IMG/VR virus record: IMGVR_UViG_3300042398_001353
Source of the DNA: a virus
Lineage: Duplodnaviria > Heunggongvirae > Uroviricota > Caudoviricetes
DNA length: 64,000 nt
Direction: 5' to 3' (one strand)
Below are positions 9,309 through 18,589 of the stretch, piece by piece (position 1 is the stretch's first letter; each line of letters starts with the position of its first letter). The notes beneath the pieces are model-generated. The model was given only the letters and a program-made list of their open reading frames with translations, made no database searches and was not told the DNA's origin. Position numbers and translations under genes: made by a program.

Positions 9309-9776
9309 ATGGCAGGCCAACCAATCAGAAACATTGATTTATTTAAAAAATACAATATCCCTTATCGAGAATTCGCTAAGGATCAGATTGTTATTGATAC
9401 TGCCAAAATTAGCTATCTAGTTGATTTAGTTCCAATTAAGAATAACCCATACGTTTTCAAGGTCTTTAATATGACCGGAAATAGAACAACAATCGAATCT
9501 AAAGATACTTTCTTAAGAAGATTATGCAAGCACTTTAAATTAGATTTTGTTCATTGGAAAGAAAACGTTGATGTTGTTGAAAATCTTTATACTAAAGAGG
9601 AACCAAAAGAAATCAAAATAGGTAATGAGTACACCACGACCTGGGCCAATCCTGTAGCAAAATGGATCTTACGAGACATTCTAGAGGATGACCAGGTTAT
9701 TATGGTGTCACCAAAAACACAAAGACCAATCATATCTAAACTATCAGACCTACGGATCTGGATTATTAAAAAATAA
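9309..9776 (+). CDS. hypothetical protein
   Basis: 155-aa ORF in operon context; no motif recognised. Confidence 0.35.
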   Translation: MAGQPIRNIDLFKKYNIPYREFAKDQIVIDTAKISYLVDLVPIKNNPYVFKVFNMTGNRTTIESKDTFLRRLCKHFKLDFVHWKENVDVVENLYTKEEPKEIKIGNEYTTTWANPVAKWILRDILEDDQVIMVSPKTQRPIISKLSDLRIWIIKK

Positions 9777-9778
9777 AC

Positions 9779-10396
9779 ATGAAAAAATTCTTTTTTGACT
9801 TAGAAACAACAGGATTAGATTACAAAGTTAATGCAATCCACCAACTCTCTGGTTGTATCGAACTTGATGGTACAATTATCGAGTCATTCAACTTTAAAAT
9901 TAGGCCATTTGAAGGGGCTATAATCGAGCCTAAAGCTCTTGAGACATCTAATGTCACCGAAGAACAGATCATGGCTTATCCGCCAGCTGAAGAGGTATTT
10001 AAGGACTTCATGCGAATGTTGTCAAGATATGTTAAAAAGTTTGATAAGAAAGATAAGATGTTTTTGGTTGGATATAACAATGCAGCCTTTGATAATGCAT
10101 TTTTAAGAGAGTTTTATGTGAGATATCAGAGAGATGATTATTTCAATTCATGGTTCTGGGGTAACACTATTGATGTAATGGTACTAGCTTCAGAACATCT
10201 TACTGAAATGCGTGTTGGTATGGAGAACTTTAAGTTAATGACAACAGCTAGGGCACTAGGTATTGAGATTGATGAATCAAAGTTACACGATGCTGAATAT
10301 GATATAGAATTAACTCGAAACATATACAGGATTGTAACAAATAGGTTTAACGAAAAGCCATCTGTTTATGGTGTTTTAGATGAAATGCCATTCTAA
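9779..10396 (+). CDS. DEDDh 3'-5' exonuclease (DnaQ-like), paralog 2
   Basis: Exo I FFFDLETTGL; Exo III HDAEYDIELT. Confidence 0.7.
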   Translation: MKKFFFDLETTGLDYKVNAIHQLSGCIELDGTIIESFNFKIRPFEGAIIEPKALETSNVTEEQIMAYPPAEEVFKDFMRMLSRYVKKFDKKDKMFLVGYNNAAFDNAFLREFYVRYQRDDYFNSWFWGNTIDVMVLASEHLTEMRVGMENFKLMTTARALGIEIDESKLHDAEYDIELTRNIYRIVTNRFNEKPSVYGVLDEMPF

Positions 10397-10404
10397 AAAT
10401 ATTT

Positions 10405-10435
10405 TTTGGTGGTTTCATAAATGTTGATATATTTG
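10405..10435 (+). promoter_or_regulatory. Bacteroidota-type promoter (TTTG-N19-TATATTTG)
   Basis: TTTG at 10405 and TATATTTG at 10428 with a 19-nt spacer, ~15 nt upstream of ATG 10451. Confidence 0.5.
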
Positions 10436-10450
10436 TGAAAACATTAAAAT

Positions 10451-10867
10451 ATGGAAATGATTAACCCTTACAGCTTTCCCGGTTTAAAAATGACCGGCTT
10501 ATCAAAAGAGAAATACCCTTATCTAACTTATGAAAACTATAGTGTGACTAGGGATGAAATTATTCAGTTAGTTTGTAAAGAGTGTGAGGTGGCTGTTGAA
10601 GACATATCATCTACATGCAGAAAAACTGAGATTGTTAATTGTAGAAAGATGTTATCTGCAGCACTTAAGATTAAATTAAACTTAAGTCTAGTTTCAATTG
10701 GTGAATTAATGGGTGGTAGAGACCACACAACGATAAGAAATTTACTCTTAAAGTTTAAAGATCATTGTCAGTATGATGATTCATTTAGACACAGAGCTAG
10801 ATTGATTCTAAATAAACTTGGGACAGATTTCCAGGGTGACTATATTGGAATCAAGGATAATAGATAA
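10451..10867 (+). CDS. DnaA C-terminal (domain IV)-like HTH DNA-binding protein
   Basis: SIGELMGGRDHTTIRNLLLKF resembles the DnaA domain IV signature (GGRDHTTV). Confidence 0.5.
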   Translation: MEMINPYSFPGLKMTGLSKEKYPYLTYENYSVTRDEIIQLVCKECEVAVEDISSTCRKTEIVNCRKMLSAALKIKLNLSLVSIGELMGGRDHTTIRNLLLKFKDHCQYDDSFRHRARLILNKLGTDFQGDYIGIKDNR

Positions 10868-10871
10868 TAAA

Positions 10872-10898
10872 CAACCCGGAGCATTCCGGGTTTTTTGT
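10872..10898 (+). terminator. rho-independent terminator
   Basis: cccgga-gcat-tccggg stem-loop followed by TTTTTT directly after stop of 10451..10867. Confidence 0.7.
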
Positions 10899-10997
10899 TG
10901 GTATTAAAAAATATTTTAAAATTAGCCCTCAATATTTTTTTATTCCAAATTTTTTATTTATATTATGTTATTAATTAAAAATTAAAATTAATATCAA

Positions 10998-11396
10998 ATG
11001 AGTACATTAACTAGATTTCCTAAAAGATGGGCTAAGCCAATCAACATTAATGGTTTTAAAAATAAGTATTTAATTACAAGGAGCGGTAGGATCTTAAACA
11101 CTGTTACTGGAAATGAAATCAAATCATGGAGAGACATGAGTGCCGCTGTTGAATACAGTAGGGTTACATTGTTAAAGAACAATGGTAAAAATAAGAAGTA
11201 TTATTTACATAGACTGGTAGCTGAGATCTTTATTAAAAAACCAAGAAAGAAAAATCTGCAGGTCAATCATAAAGATATGAATACCAGAAACAATAAAACA
11301 ACAAATCTTGAATGGGTAACACCAAGTGAAAACGTTGCACATGCTAGATTATATAAAGCAAAAAAAAGGAGAAAGCAAAATGAAAAAGCCAAGTAA
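10998..11396 (+). CDS. HNH homing endonuclease
   Basis: YLHRLVAEIF ... VNHKDMNTRNNKTTNLEWVTPSENVAHA: HNH_3-type motif (H-N...N...EW.T..EN). Confidence 0.7.
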   Translation: MSTLTRFPKRWAKPININGFKNKYLITRSGRILNTVTGNEIKSWRDMSAAVEYSRVTLLKNNGKNKKYYLHRLVAEIFIKKPRKKNLQVNHKDMNTRNNKTTNLEWVTPSENVAHARLYKAKKRRKQNEKAK

Positions 11397-11508
11397 AGAA
11401 GAAATAATTGAAGCATTAATTTTAGTGGTAGCAACAGCTGTCGGTATATTAGTTTTTGCAACAACATTTGTAATAGCTAGAGCAATTATTCAATCGATAT
11501 TTTAAATA

Positions 11509-11559
11509 CCCCACGAGCATCAACACAAATCCTCATAATTTTATGGGGATTTTTTTTTA
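11509..11559 (+). terminator. possible terminator (hairpin + T9)
   Basis: cccca...tgggg imperfect hairpin followed by TTTTTTTTT. Confidence 0.3.
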
Positions 11560-11605
11560 TTTCAAATTTTTTAATTATATTAATCATTAAGAAACAAATA
11601 TTTTT

Positions 11606-12568
11606 ATGAAATCAATTTATTTAACAAGTGCAGACACTAGATTTATTTATGACAACCTAAAAAATCATGGACATTATGAATGGTTTGTAATATTAAGATG
11701 TGTTGAGGAGATGCAATGTGATTACACATTCTTTTCAACTTTAACCTGGGCTGATATATTATATAATAACGAGATTACAGATGCCGGTGGTGGAAAATAT
11801 GCAACATATGAAGTATCAATTAAATTAAAAGATGAAGTAAGTGAAATTGTTGATATATTAGATATCACTGATCTTAATCAACTCATTTGTGGTAAATTAG
11901 CGTCGGTAACAGCTAGAGAATTATATAAAAAATTATGTGAATATGAATGTATAAAACAATATCAAAGCTCCGGTATTAAAATTAGAATAGATTCATTTGG
12001 TGAGTATCGTGTTGATAAAGATGGAACTAAAATATATGCTGAAAAGAAACTCGATTCTAATTTAGATGTAAATGGTGAAGAAAAGGTTAAACTATATTCA
12101 TTATATGTAGCTGAATGGGCAGATAAAATGGCACATAAAAGACCCAAAGGATTTGAACTTAAAAGCTATGACAAAAAAGTTGGAGTTGCTGGTAATGTTG
12201 ATGAAAGAATGAAAACTTTATCAGTTGATAAAAGAAGTGGTGGAACGCTATCACCAATGTTTGTTAAAGCATTGAGAGCATGGCATTTACCTATAAAAGA
12301 ATGTATTAAACTTGAAACAAGAATACATGATTATCTTGATGATAGAAAAACAGGTGGTGAATGGTTTACTGATTACTATGAGGATGTAATTGAGATTGTT
12401 TTGATGAAGATAGAGGAAACAATTGAAAATGGAATAAATGTAGTTGAACTTAATATAGATAAGGAAACTGAAGATATTACTTTCTACGAGAAGATGCCAA
12501 GGGATTTTTGGTTTAAAACAAAACAAGAAGAAAATAATGATGATGGTCCAGTAATATATAGAATATAA
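11606..12568 (+). CDS. T5orf172 (GIY-YIG-like) domain protein, paralog of 19643..20419
   Basis: C-terminal DDRKTGGEWFTDYYEDVIEIV (GxEWF signature); N-terminus similar to 19643..20419 (YEWFVILRCVEEM vs YDFYIIIKCLTEL; TWADI vs TWDKL). Confidence 0.5.
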   Translation: MKSIYLTSADTRFIYDNLKNHGHYEWFVILRCVEEMQCDYTFFSTLTWADILYNNEITDAGGGKYATYEVSIKLKDEVSEIVDILDITDLNQLICGKLASVTARELYKKLCEYECIKQYQSSGIKIRIDSFGEYRVDKDGTKIYAEKKLDSNLDVNGEEKVKLYSLYVAEWADKMAHKRPKGFELKSYDKKVGVAGNVDERMKTLSVDKRSGGTLSPMFVKALRAWHLPIKECIKLETRIHDYLDDRKTGGEWFTDYYEDVIEIVLMKIEETIENGINVVELNIDKETEDITFYEKMPRDFWFKTKQEENNDDGPVIYRI

Positions 12569-12622
12569 TATTTTGGAATATTAAAAAAATAATCTTAATT
12601 TTGAATTAACAATTAACTTTTA

Positions 12623-12853
12623 TTGGGTATGAGTAAGGATAGAACATATTATGCTAAACAAGCGATAGCTTTAGCAGAAGAAGCAAAACAATCAATCGTT
12701 GTTCCATCTAATATTATTACTGAATGTAATGATGATAGATTACTTGGAATGAGAGTGAGAGGGATGTTAATCAATAAAGTTAGGGAATGTGATGAACATA
12801 TTACTCATATGAAATCTTTTATTGAGAATGAAGAAGGAAAAGGTAATTTGTAA
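12623..12853 (+). CDS. hypothetical small protein
   Basis: 76-aa ORF. Confidence 0.3.
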   Translation: MGMSKDRTYYAKQAIALAEEAKQSIVVPSNIITECNDDRLLGMRVRGMLINKVRECDEHITHMKSFIENEEGKGNL

Positions 12854-13073
12854 TAAAGTTAGATTCAACAAAAGGGAAGCTAAAGCTGCTTTAAATCTAT
12901 TAAAAGATAGCAATAAACCCTGGAGAAGAGAATCTAGGTATTATCATTGTCCAATATGTAACAATTGGCATTTAACATCTAAAGATAGAGAAGATAGTAG
13001 AGTAAAAGAAATTAAATTGATAAATGAAGATCAATGGTTAAGACTCTTAAGTAAAGACACAGATCTCCTCTAG
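12822..13073 (+). CDS. small zinc-ribbon protein
   Basis: C..(~33 aa)..HCPICNNWH: probable treble-clef/zinc-ribbon fold. Confidence 0.35.
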   Translation: MRMKKEKVICNKVRFNKREAKAALNLLKDSNKPWRRESRYYHCPICNNWHLTSKDREDSRVKEIKLINEDQWLRLLSKDTDLL

Positions 13074-13362
13074 AAGAATTTACTCTCAACTTTGACTAAC
13101 CCAACGAGCTTCGGTTAACCAGATTTAATCCTCAACAGATCGTTCCCCATATTAACCTTATAAACGTTGACCTCTTTTGTAGTTGGTACGTCTCATTCCT
13201 ATTTAGAACTACCCCACCAATTAGACCCATACTCTCAATTTCTGAATTACCCTCTGGGCGAAAGCCTTCCTTTTTCTGTCAGAAAACCTACAGAAAATAA
13301 ATACGAGAAACTGGACAAAAAGTAAATAAATTGTTAATAAAAATTTAATATAATGCCACGTC

Positions 13363-13394
13363 AGAGCCCTTGAGCACTTTATGCGAAAGGGCGA
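13363..13394. repeat. 32-bp direct repeat, copy 1 (AGAGCCCTTGAGCACTTTATGCGAAAGGGCGA)
   Basis: Identical to 23388..23419; contains a 6-bp inverted repeat gccctt/aagggc. Confidence 0.85.
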
Positions 13395-13416
13395 ACATAA
13401 TGATATTTATAAACAG

Positions 13417-14109
13417 ATGAAGATAGAAGCATTATTTATATCCGATGTTCATCTCGGATCAAAGGGATCAAACGCCGAAGGCGTTCTTGCGGTCCTAAAA
13501 CAATATCAACCGGAATATCTTTTCCTGGTTGGTGACATAATAGATGGGTGGTTATTAAAAAGAAAATTCCGTTGGCCACAATCTCACACAAATGTACTAA
13601 GAAAGATCTTATCACATTCTAAAAATGGGTGTAAAGTGATTTATATCCCAGGTAATCATGACGAATTCTTAAGAGAGTACGGGGAATTCTCTTTTGGAAA
13701 CATTGAGATTCATAATGAGTTCATATGGAAGAATACTTTCATAACCCATGGGGATCTTTATGACGGTGTGGTTAAATTAAAATGGTTAGGTATTCTTGGT
13801 TCAATTGGATATGATATGGCAATAACAATCGATAGAAGACTTAAGAAATTTGGGATGAAGAGGTCATTATCTAAGTTTTTAAAGGACAAAGTTAAGGAAG
13901 CTGTTAAGTTCATTACTCAATTTGAAATAGAATTAACTAGACAAGCTAAGAAACATCATTGCCATTCGGTAATATGTGGACATATACATCATCCAGAGGA
14001 CAGGATGGTTGATGGTATAAGATACTTAAACACTGGAGATTGGATTGAAAATCATTCATACATAACATACAACAACGGGGAATATAGATCACATGAATAT
14101 AAAGGATAA
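13417..14109 (+). CDS. LpxH-like calcineurin-type metallophosphoesterase (UDP-2,3-diacylglucosamine hydrolase family-like)
   Basis: LFISDVHLGS...EYLFLVGDIIDGW...IYIPGNHDEF parallels the E. coli LpxH N-terminus (LFIADLHL...LYILGDLFEAW...GNHD). The track start 13381 lies inside the 32-bp repeat, so ATG 13417 (MKIEALF) is preferred. Confidence 0.5.
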   Translation: MKIEALFISDVHLGSKGSNAEGVLAVLKQYQPEYLFLVGDIIDGWLLKRKFRWPQSHTNVLRKILSHSKNGCKVIYIPGNHDEFLREYGEFSFGNIEIHNEFIWKNTFITHGDLYDGVVKLKWLGILGSIGYDMAITIDRRLKKFGMKRSLSKFLKDKVKEAVKFITQFEIELTRQAKKHHCHSVICGHIHHPEDRMVDGIRYLNTGDWIENHSYITYNNGEYRSHEYKG

Positions 14110-14815
14110 ACTAACAATTGTAATTCCATCCAAAAACGAAGAAAAATATATTGAAAGAACAATAGGGTGTTTGGTTAAACAATATGGAATAAAGGGGACT
14201 AAGGTTATTGTTGCTGACAATTACAGCAAAGATAAAACCAGAGCAAAAGTAATTACACTAAGAGAAACCTATAGGGATATATTAAATATTGAGTTGGTTA
14301 ATGGTGGCAATGTTGCATATGCCAGAAATTATGGTTCACATTTAGCAAAAACAAAATATGTTTTATTTCTGGATGCTGATTCTGTAATCATTGATCCATC
14401 AAACATACAAGATAATATAAAATTAATGGAAAATGATAAACTGGATCTTATGACCTGCAAGGTAAAATCTGTTGGTAAAGATATAAGAACAGCAATAGCA
14501 TTTAAGTTATTCAATATTGTTAATAAGTTTGTCAGCATAAAGACACCCTTTGCGGTCGGCACATATTTTCTAACCAGAGCAGATAGATTCAAGAAGTTAG
14601 GTGAATTTGATATAACATTGCAGCACTCTGAAGATTATTATTTGAGTAAGAAATATAAAACAAATAAATTTAAAATATCCAAGCATTTCATTGGGCAAGA
14701 TGATCGCAGGTTCAAAAAGATGGGTTATACCGGAATGGTTAAGCTACTTATTAAAGGTTACATTAACAGGGATAACAAGGATTTCTTTAAAAAAGATATA
14801 GGATATTGGTTATAA
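14093..14815 (+). CDS. family 2 glycosyltransferase
   Basis: LTIVIPSKNEE...VIVADNYSKDKT...LFLDADSVI: GT2 (GT-A) motifs including DxD. Confidence 0.65.
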   Translation: MNIKDKLTIVIPSKNEEKYIERTIGCLVKQYGIKGTKVIVADNYSKDKTRAKVITLRETYRDILNIELVNGGNVAYARNYGSHLAKTKYVLFLDADSVIIDPSNIQDNIKLMENDKLDLMTCKVKSVGKDIRTAIAFKLFNIVNKFVSIKTPFAVGTYFLTRADRFKKLGEFDITLQHSEDYYLSKKYKTNKFKISKHFIGQDDRRFKKMGYTGMVKLLIKGYINRDNKDFFKKDIGYWL

Positions 14816-14870
14816 ATTTGGAATTGCCATTTTTTTTATCTATACTAGATTAAAAAGAAGACACACCCAA

Positions 14871-15776
14871 ATGAAATTAGCTATTGTTGATATTGAAACC
14901 ACAGGATTTGTAAGGGAAAAGAACAATTCCATTGTGGAAATTGCCATTGTTTTATGTGACACGGAGACCAGAAAGACGGAGATCCTGTTCAACAATATCG
15001 TTAGGGAAAGCACACTCAGTGACTATCATAAAAGATCCTGGATATTTGATCATTCTGATTTAAGATTCAGCGATGTTGAACGCGCTCAGGACATCAATAC
15101 ATACAGAGCAGAGATTCAAGCTATACTAGACAAATACAAAGTAACAGCCTATAACAAGAAGTTTGATATGGGTTGGTTATCCAGTCTTGGTTTCAGGTAC
15201 AAAGAAAGCAAATGTTTAATGGAAACTGCTAGTGAATATGCTAAAGTTCTTCTTGACGAGGAAATAAGTCTTAAGGAAGAAAATGTATATAGATGGTTAA
15301 TGCAAGATAGAAACTATGTGGAGAAGCACAGAGCATTACCAGATGCATTAGATGAAGCTCAGATATTATATAAGCTATGTGACTTTGCTGAAGATCCCAT
15401 TATCAAGGAAAGTATTGATCAGCTAAGAACAAATAAAACTATTTCAAAAGTTAATAGACATATTAATGAGGATGCATTTAAGCCGGCACCCAAAGAATAT
15501 AAAAGTAACAAAGAAGTTAGTCACGATCCAAAAACATTTGAAGATAAATTTGACTATACCAAGAAAACCATTGAGGTTTTATTATCTGAATATGATATCA
15601 TCTCAATGATTGTATTGGATGAACCAGCAAAAGCCACATTCAGTTATAAAGGTAAGATGTATATCTTTTATTATAATGCCGGTAGATGGGGAATGATGAA
15701 AGGTAGTCAACAACCAGAAAAATATTATTTTTGCAAAGATCCAGATGATCTTTTCACAAGATTTTTAAATAAATAG
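14871..15776 (+). CDS. DEDDh 3'-5' exonuclease domain protein, paralog 3 (N-terminal exonuclease + C-terminal extension)
   Basis: Exo I AIVDIETTGF; Exo III HRALPDALDEA. Confidence 0.65.
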   Translation: MKLAIVDIETTGFVREKNNSIVEIAIVLCDTETRKTEILFNNIVRESTLSDYHKRSWIFDHSDLRFSDVERAQDINTYRAEIQAILDKYKVTAYNKKFDMGWLSSLGFRYKESKCLMETASEYAKVLLDEEISLKEENVYRWLMQDRNYVEKHRALPDALDEAQILYKLCDFAEDPIIKESIDQLRTNKTISKVNRHINEDAFKPAPKEYKSNKEVSHDPKTFEDKFDYTKKTIEVLLSEYDIISMIVLDEPAKATFSYKGKMYIFYYNAGRWGMMKGSQQPEKYYFCKDPDDLFTRFLNK

Positions 15777-15777
15777 G

Positions 15778-16344
15778 ATGGAATTTTTTAACTATAAATT
15801 AACTGAGAAGGATAAAGAATATTGTTCAGTCCATGCAAAGAAGATGGCTGAAGGGTTTTCAACATATAGCTTTAAGAATGATGAGAAACAATCTCTTGAT
15901 GTATACAACATAGGAAAGATTGGTGAATTTGCTTTCTTTAAGTTCTTAAGTAAGCTTGAAAGAAAGAATATGTTAAAGATTAAACATGTTCCATTCAGGG
16001 AGAACTATGATAAGTTAAACTTTAAGGATGATTATATCATTGAGGTTAATGGTAAGGAAGTTCAGATCGAAGTTAGAACAAAAGGTAGAAACGTTGGGCC
16101 AGAATTGGAATATGAATGTTGTACTGATTGTATCAAACCGCATTTTGTTTATGTTTTCATATCATTTAATAAACAAACTGATGTTGTTAGTGTTCTAGGG
16201 TATGCTAACTGGGATAATTTCAAAGAGCATGCTGAAGTTACATTAAAAGGAAACACTAATAGTAACTTTAAAAATAAGGTTAATGAATTTAATATAAAAA
16301 TTAAGTTCTTAAATGAGATAAATGACATAGTAAATTTAAATTAA
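15778..16344 (+). CDS. hypothetical protein
   Basis: 188 aa; D...EVNGKEVQIEVRTK is a weak PD-(D/E)xK-like pattern only. Confidence 0.35.
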   Translation: MEFFNYKLTEKDKEYCSVHAKKMAEGFSTYSFKNDEKQSLDVYNIGKIGEFAFFKFLSKLERKNMLKIKHVPFRENYDKLNFKDDYIIEVNGKEVQIEVRTKGRNVGPELEYECCTDCIKPHFVYVFISFNKQTDVVSVLGYANWDNFKEHAEVTLKGNTNSNFKNKVNEFNIKIKFLNEINDIVNLN

Positions 16345-16347
16345 ACA

Positions 16348-16587
16348 ATGAAGTTCGCGTATAAAATATCATTGGAGCTGGAGTTAGAGTTTGAAGCACC
16401 GTTACTTGGTGCTGATACAACTGTGTTTAGAAGAAGCCAATCAGATAAATTATTCAAGGAAGCTGTCAAAGAACTTCTTAAAGATAAGAAACAAACGGTA
16501 AACTCTTTTAATAAAAATGTCGATGAAGAAAATTTAAAAGGAACCATAAAAGGTTTGAAATATCTTCAAGGCGCAGTAAAAAAATAA
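16348..16587 (+). CDS. hypothetical small protein
   Basis: 79-aa ORF, tightly packed in the operon. Confidence 0.3.
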   Translation: MKFAYKISLELELEFEAPLLGADTTVFRRSQSDKLFKEAVKELLKDKKQTVNSFNKNVDEENLKGTIKGLKYLQGAVKK

Positions 16588-16592
16588 CAGTT

Positions 16593-17174
16593 ATGAAAAA
16601 CAGATCATTAGTTACAGCACTGAGACAATTCAGTCCAGATTTAAAGATTAGCCTCAAAGCGCATTTACAATATGGTTGCGAAGAGGTTGGTTATGGTTCA
16701 GGGGAGTATGAGGGATTAAGTTTCTCTCAAGATTATACCATTGGATGGAACGATGGCTACCTAAGTGCTGATACTTGGGATGGTTACACCGTTCAAGATT
16801 TAATTGATGTGTTATTGGAAAAAACATTATCAAAGATCTCTGATGCTGACTTTGGTTTAAGACCGGGTGAGCTTAGAAATGGTAATCCAGAATACACAAC
16901 AACATGGGATGATGAAGAGCCATCAGAAGATGATATGCCAGAAGATAGTGAATTATATAACATCATGGAGATTGGTGATGCTGATTATAAGTTCCAAGGT
17001 CCACATGCTTTGGAAATCGAAGTATATTATAAGGATCAAGATGGTGATGAAGCGTCGATATCATTTAGTTTAGATAGTGATGAATCAGATAGAAAGCCAG
17101 ACCCATTAGATCCAGTTGCAAAAAAGAAAGCACCATTAAAAAAAGCAGCAAAGAAAGCAGCAAAAAAGAAATAA
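16593..17174 (+). CDS. acidic protein with histone-H1-like basic tail
   Basis: D/E-rich body and C-terminal KKKAPLKKAAKKAAKKK. Confidence 0.4.
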   Translation: MKNRSLVTALRQFSPDLKISLKAHLQYGCEEVGYGSGEYEGLSFSQDYTIGWNDGYLSADTWDGYTVQDLIDVLLEKTLSKISDADFGLRPGELRNGNPEYTTTWDDEEPSEDDMPEDSELYNIMEIGDADYKFQGPHALEIEVYYKDQDGDEASISFSLDSDESDRKPDPLDPVAKKKAPLKKAAKKAAKKK

Positions 17175-17175
17175 C

Positions 17176-17364
17176 ATGAAACTATTTGAATACAAACAGA
17201 TCACTAAGATGGATTATATTAATCAAGCTCTATTATCCCAAATGGGCAAAGAGGGTTGGGAACTTATCCTATGTGATGTTGGCACATACATCTTCAAAAG
17301 AGAAATGGAATCGTTACCAGAAGAAAATGAGTTTGATGATTATGGTATGAGAATTAAACAATAA
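17176..17364 (+). CDS. DUF4177/DUF1737-like small protein
   Basis: MKLFEYKQI...GKEGWELI pattern typical of this small-protein family. Confidence 0.35.
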   Translation: MKLFEYKQITKMDYINQALLSQMGKEGWELILCDVGTYIFKREMESLPEENEFDDYGMRIKQ

Positions 17365-17368
17365 ACTT

Positions 17369-17701
17369 ATGTCTCCAATAAAAATTGTCAAAGATACTGA
17401 AGTGGAATATAGATTTATAACAAACTATTATGATGTTCCATTGCGTGGGTCTTGCTATTATCTTGGCAAGTTATATTCTTTCATGCGTAAAGATGATGGA
17501 AATTATCTATATTTGTTTTATCTAAATAAAAAAGGTGAAAGCAAATGGAAATGGAAACAGTTTTGGTTTGAACAATGCGTTGGCTATCATTGGAGTTGGT
17601 TCCCGAAGAATAGACATGATAAGTTCTATTATAGAAACCCACAATGGTTATATAAGTTATTGTTTAAACTATATTATAAATTAAATAAGAATGCTAGATA
17701 A
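17369..17701 (+). CDS. hypothetical W/Y-rich protein
   Basis: 110 aa, KWKWKQFWFEQCVGYHWSWFPKN. Confidence 0.3.
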   Translation: MSPIKIVKDTEVEYRFITNYYDVPLRGSCYYLGKLYSFMRKDDGNYLYLFYLNKKGESKWKWKQFWFEQCVGYHWSWFPKNRHDKFYYRNPQWLYKLLFKLYYKLNKNAR

Positions 17702-18290
17702 TATAGATTTAATTAAACCGCTGCTAACCTTTGATAAAGAGGGTGACTTCTATATGCTATATGTATTCAAGCGAAAGAAGGATCAGCCGGAAGGAGAAAG
17801 GGATAATCATCAGTCGGTGAGAACCATTAAAGCATATTGTGTTGACTCTATTGCATATCTCGATAAGCGATATGACGAAATTAAACAACTATGTGAGGTG
17901 TTCAAAGCAAGAGCATATATTCATGTAGCCAAGCAAAACCATATGGATGTATCAATGAATATGATCACAGAGATTGTCACCAGGATTCAATCCGGACAGA
18001 TCAATCAACAACATGTATTTGATTCTGTTGTTGGTCAGATAAAAACAACGGAGAAGAGATGGATCATTGATGTGGATGATAAAAATGTTAGAGGATTGGT
18101 ACCCATCACTTCATTCATCCATTCGTTAAGACCTGAAGGTGATAAACTGGAAGCTTGTATACCAACAAGGAATGGTTATCATCTAATCACAAAAAGGTTT
18201 GATGCACAAATGTTTAAGAAGGAATTCCCAAGCATCGATATCCAAAAGAAAAATCCAACATTATTATATTATCCAAATTCATTAGATTAA
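17691..18290 (+). CDS. hypothetical protein
   Basis: 199-aa ORF; no motif recognised. Confidence 0.35.
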   Translation: MLDNIDLIKPLLTFDKEGDFYMLYVFKRKKDQPEGERDNHQSVRTIKAYCVDSIAYLDKRYDEIKQLCEVFKARAYIHVAKQNHMDVSMNMITEIVTRIQSGQINQQHVFDSVVGQIKTTEKRWIIDVDDKNVRGLVPITSFIHSLRPEGDKLEACIPTRNGYHLITKRFDAQMFKKEFPSIDIQKKNPTLLYYPNSLD

Positions 18291-18469
18291 AAATATGAAA
18301 AGATTATTCTCAAAATTTATAGAATGTAGATTTTATGATAGAGTAAATGGTAGGGCAGTTAACTTGTATCAATGTAAAGATGGTAGTTACTTTCTTGCGC
18401 ATTCTAAATTTGATTCATTATTTTTTTATACAACATTATGAAAGAAAATACATTTAAAAAAACAATAAC

Positions 18470-18589
18470 ATGATATATCTATACGGAATCATAATCGGGA
18501 TGCTACTAACCGCGCTCGTCGCGGTGGTAGGTACATTTCAAATGCTTAAACAACTAAACGATGAAGGGGAGACTACACAAGAAGGATAA
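18470..18589 (+). CDS. 39-aa single-TM micro-protein
   Basis: MIYLYGIIIGMLLTALVAVVGTFQMLKQLNDEGETTQEG; below the ORF-track cutoff; speculative. Confidence 0.25.
   Translation: MIYLYGIIIGMLLTALVAVVGTFQMLKQLNDEGETTQEG

Noticed and set aside
13381-13416. ATG at 13381 as the start of the LpxH-like gene
   Set aside because: That ATG lies inside the 32-bp repeat, and the identical sequence at 23407 opens only a 17-codon ORF. The conserved catalytic N-terminus begins at MKIEALFISDVHLG (13417).
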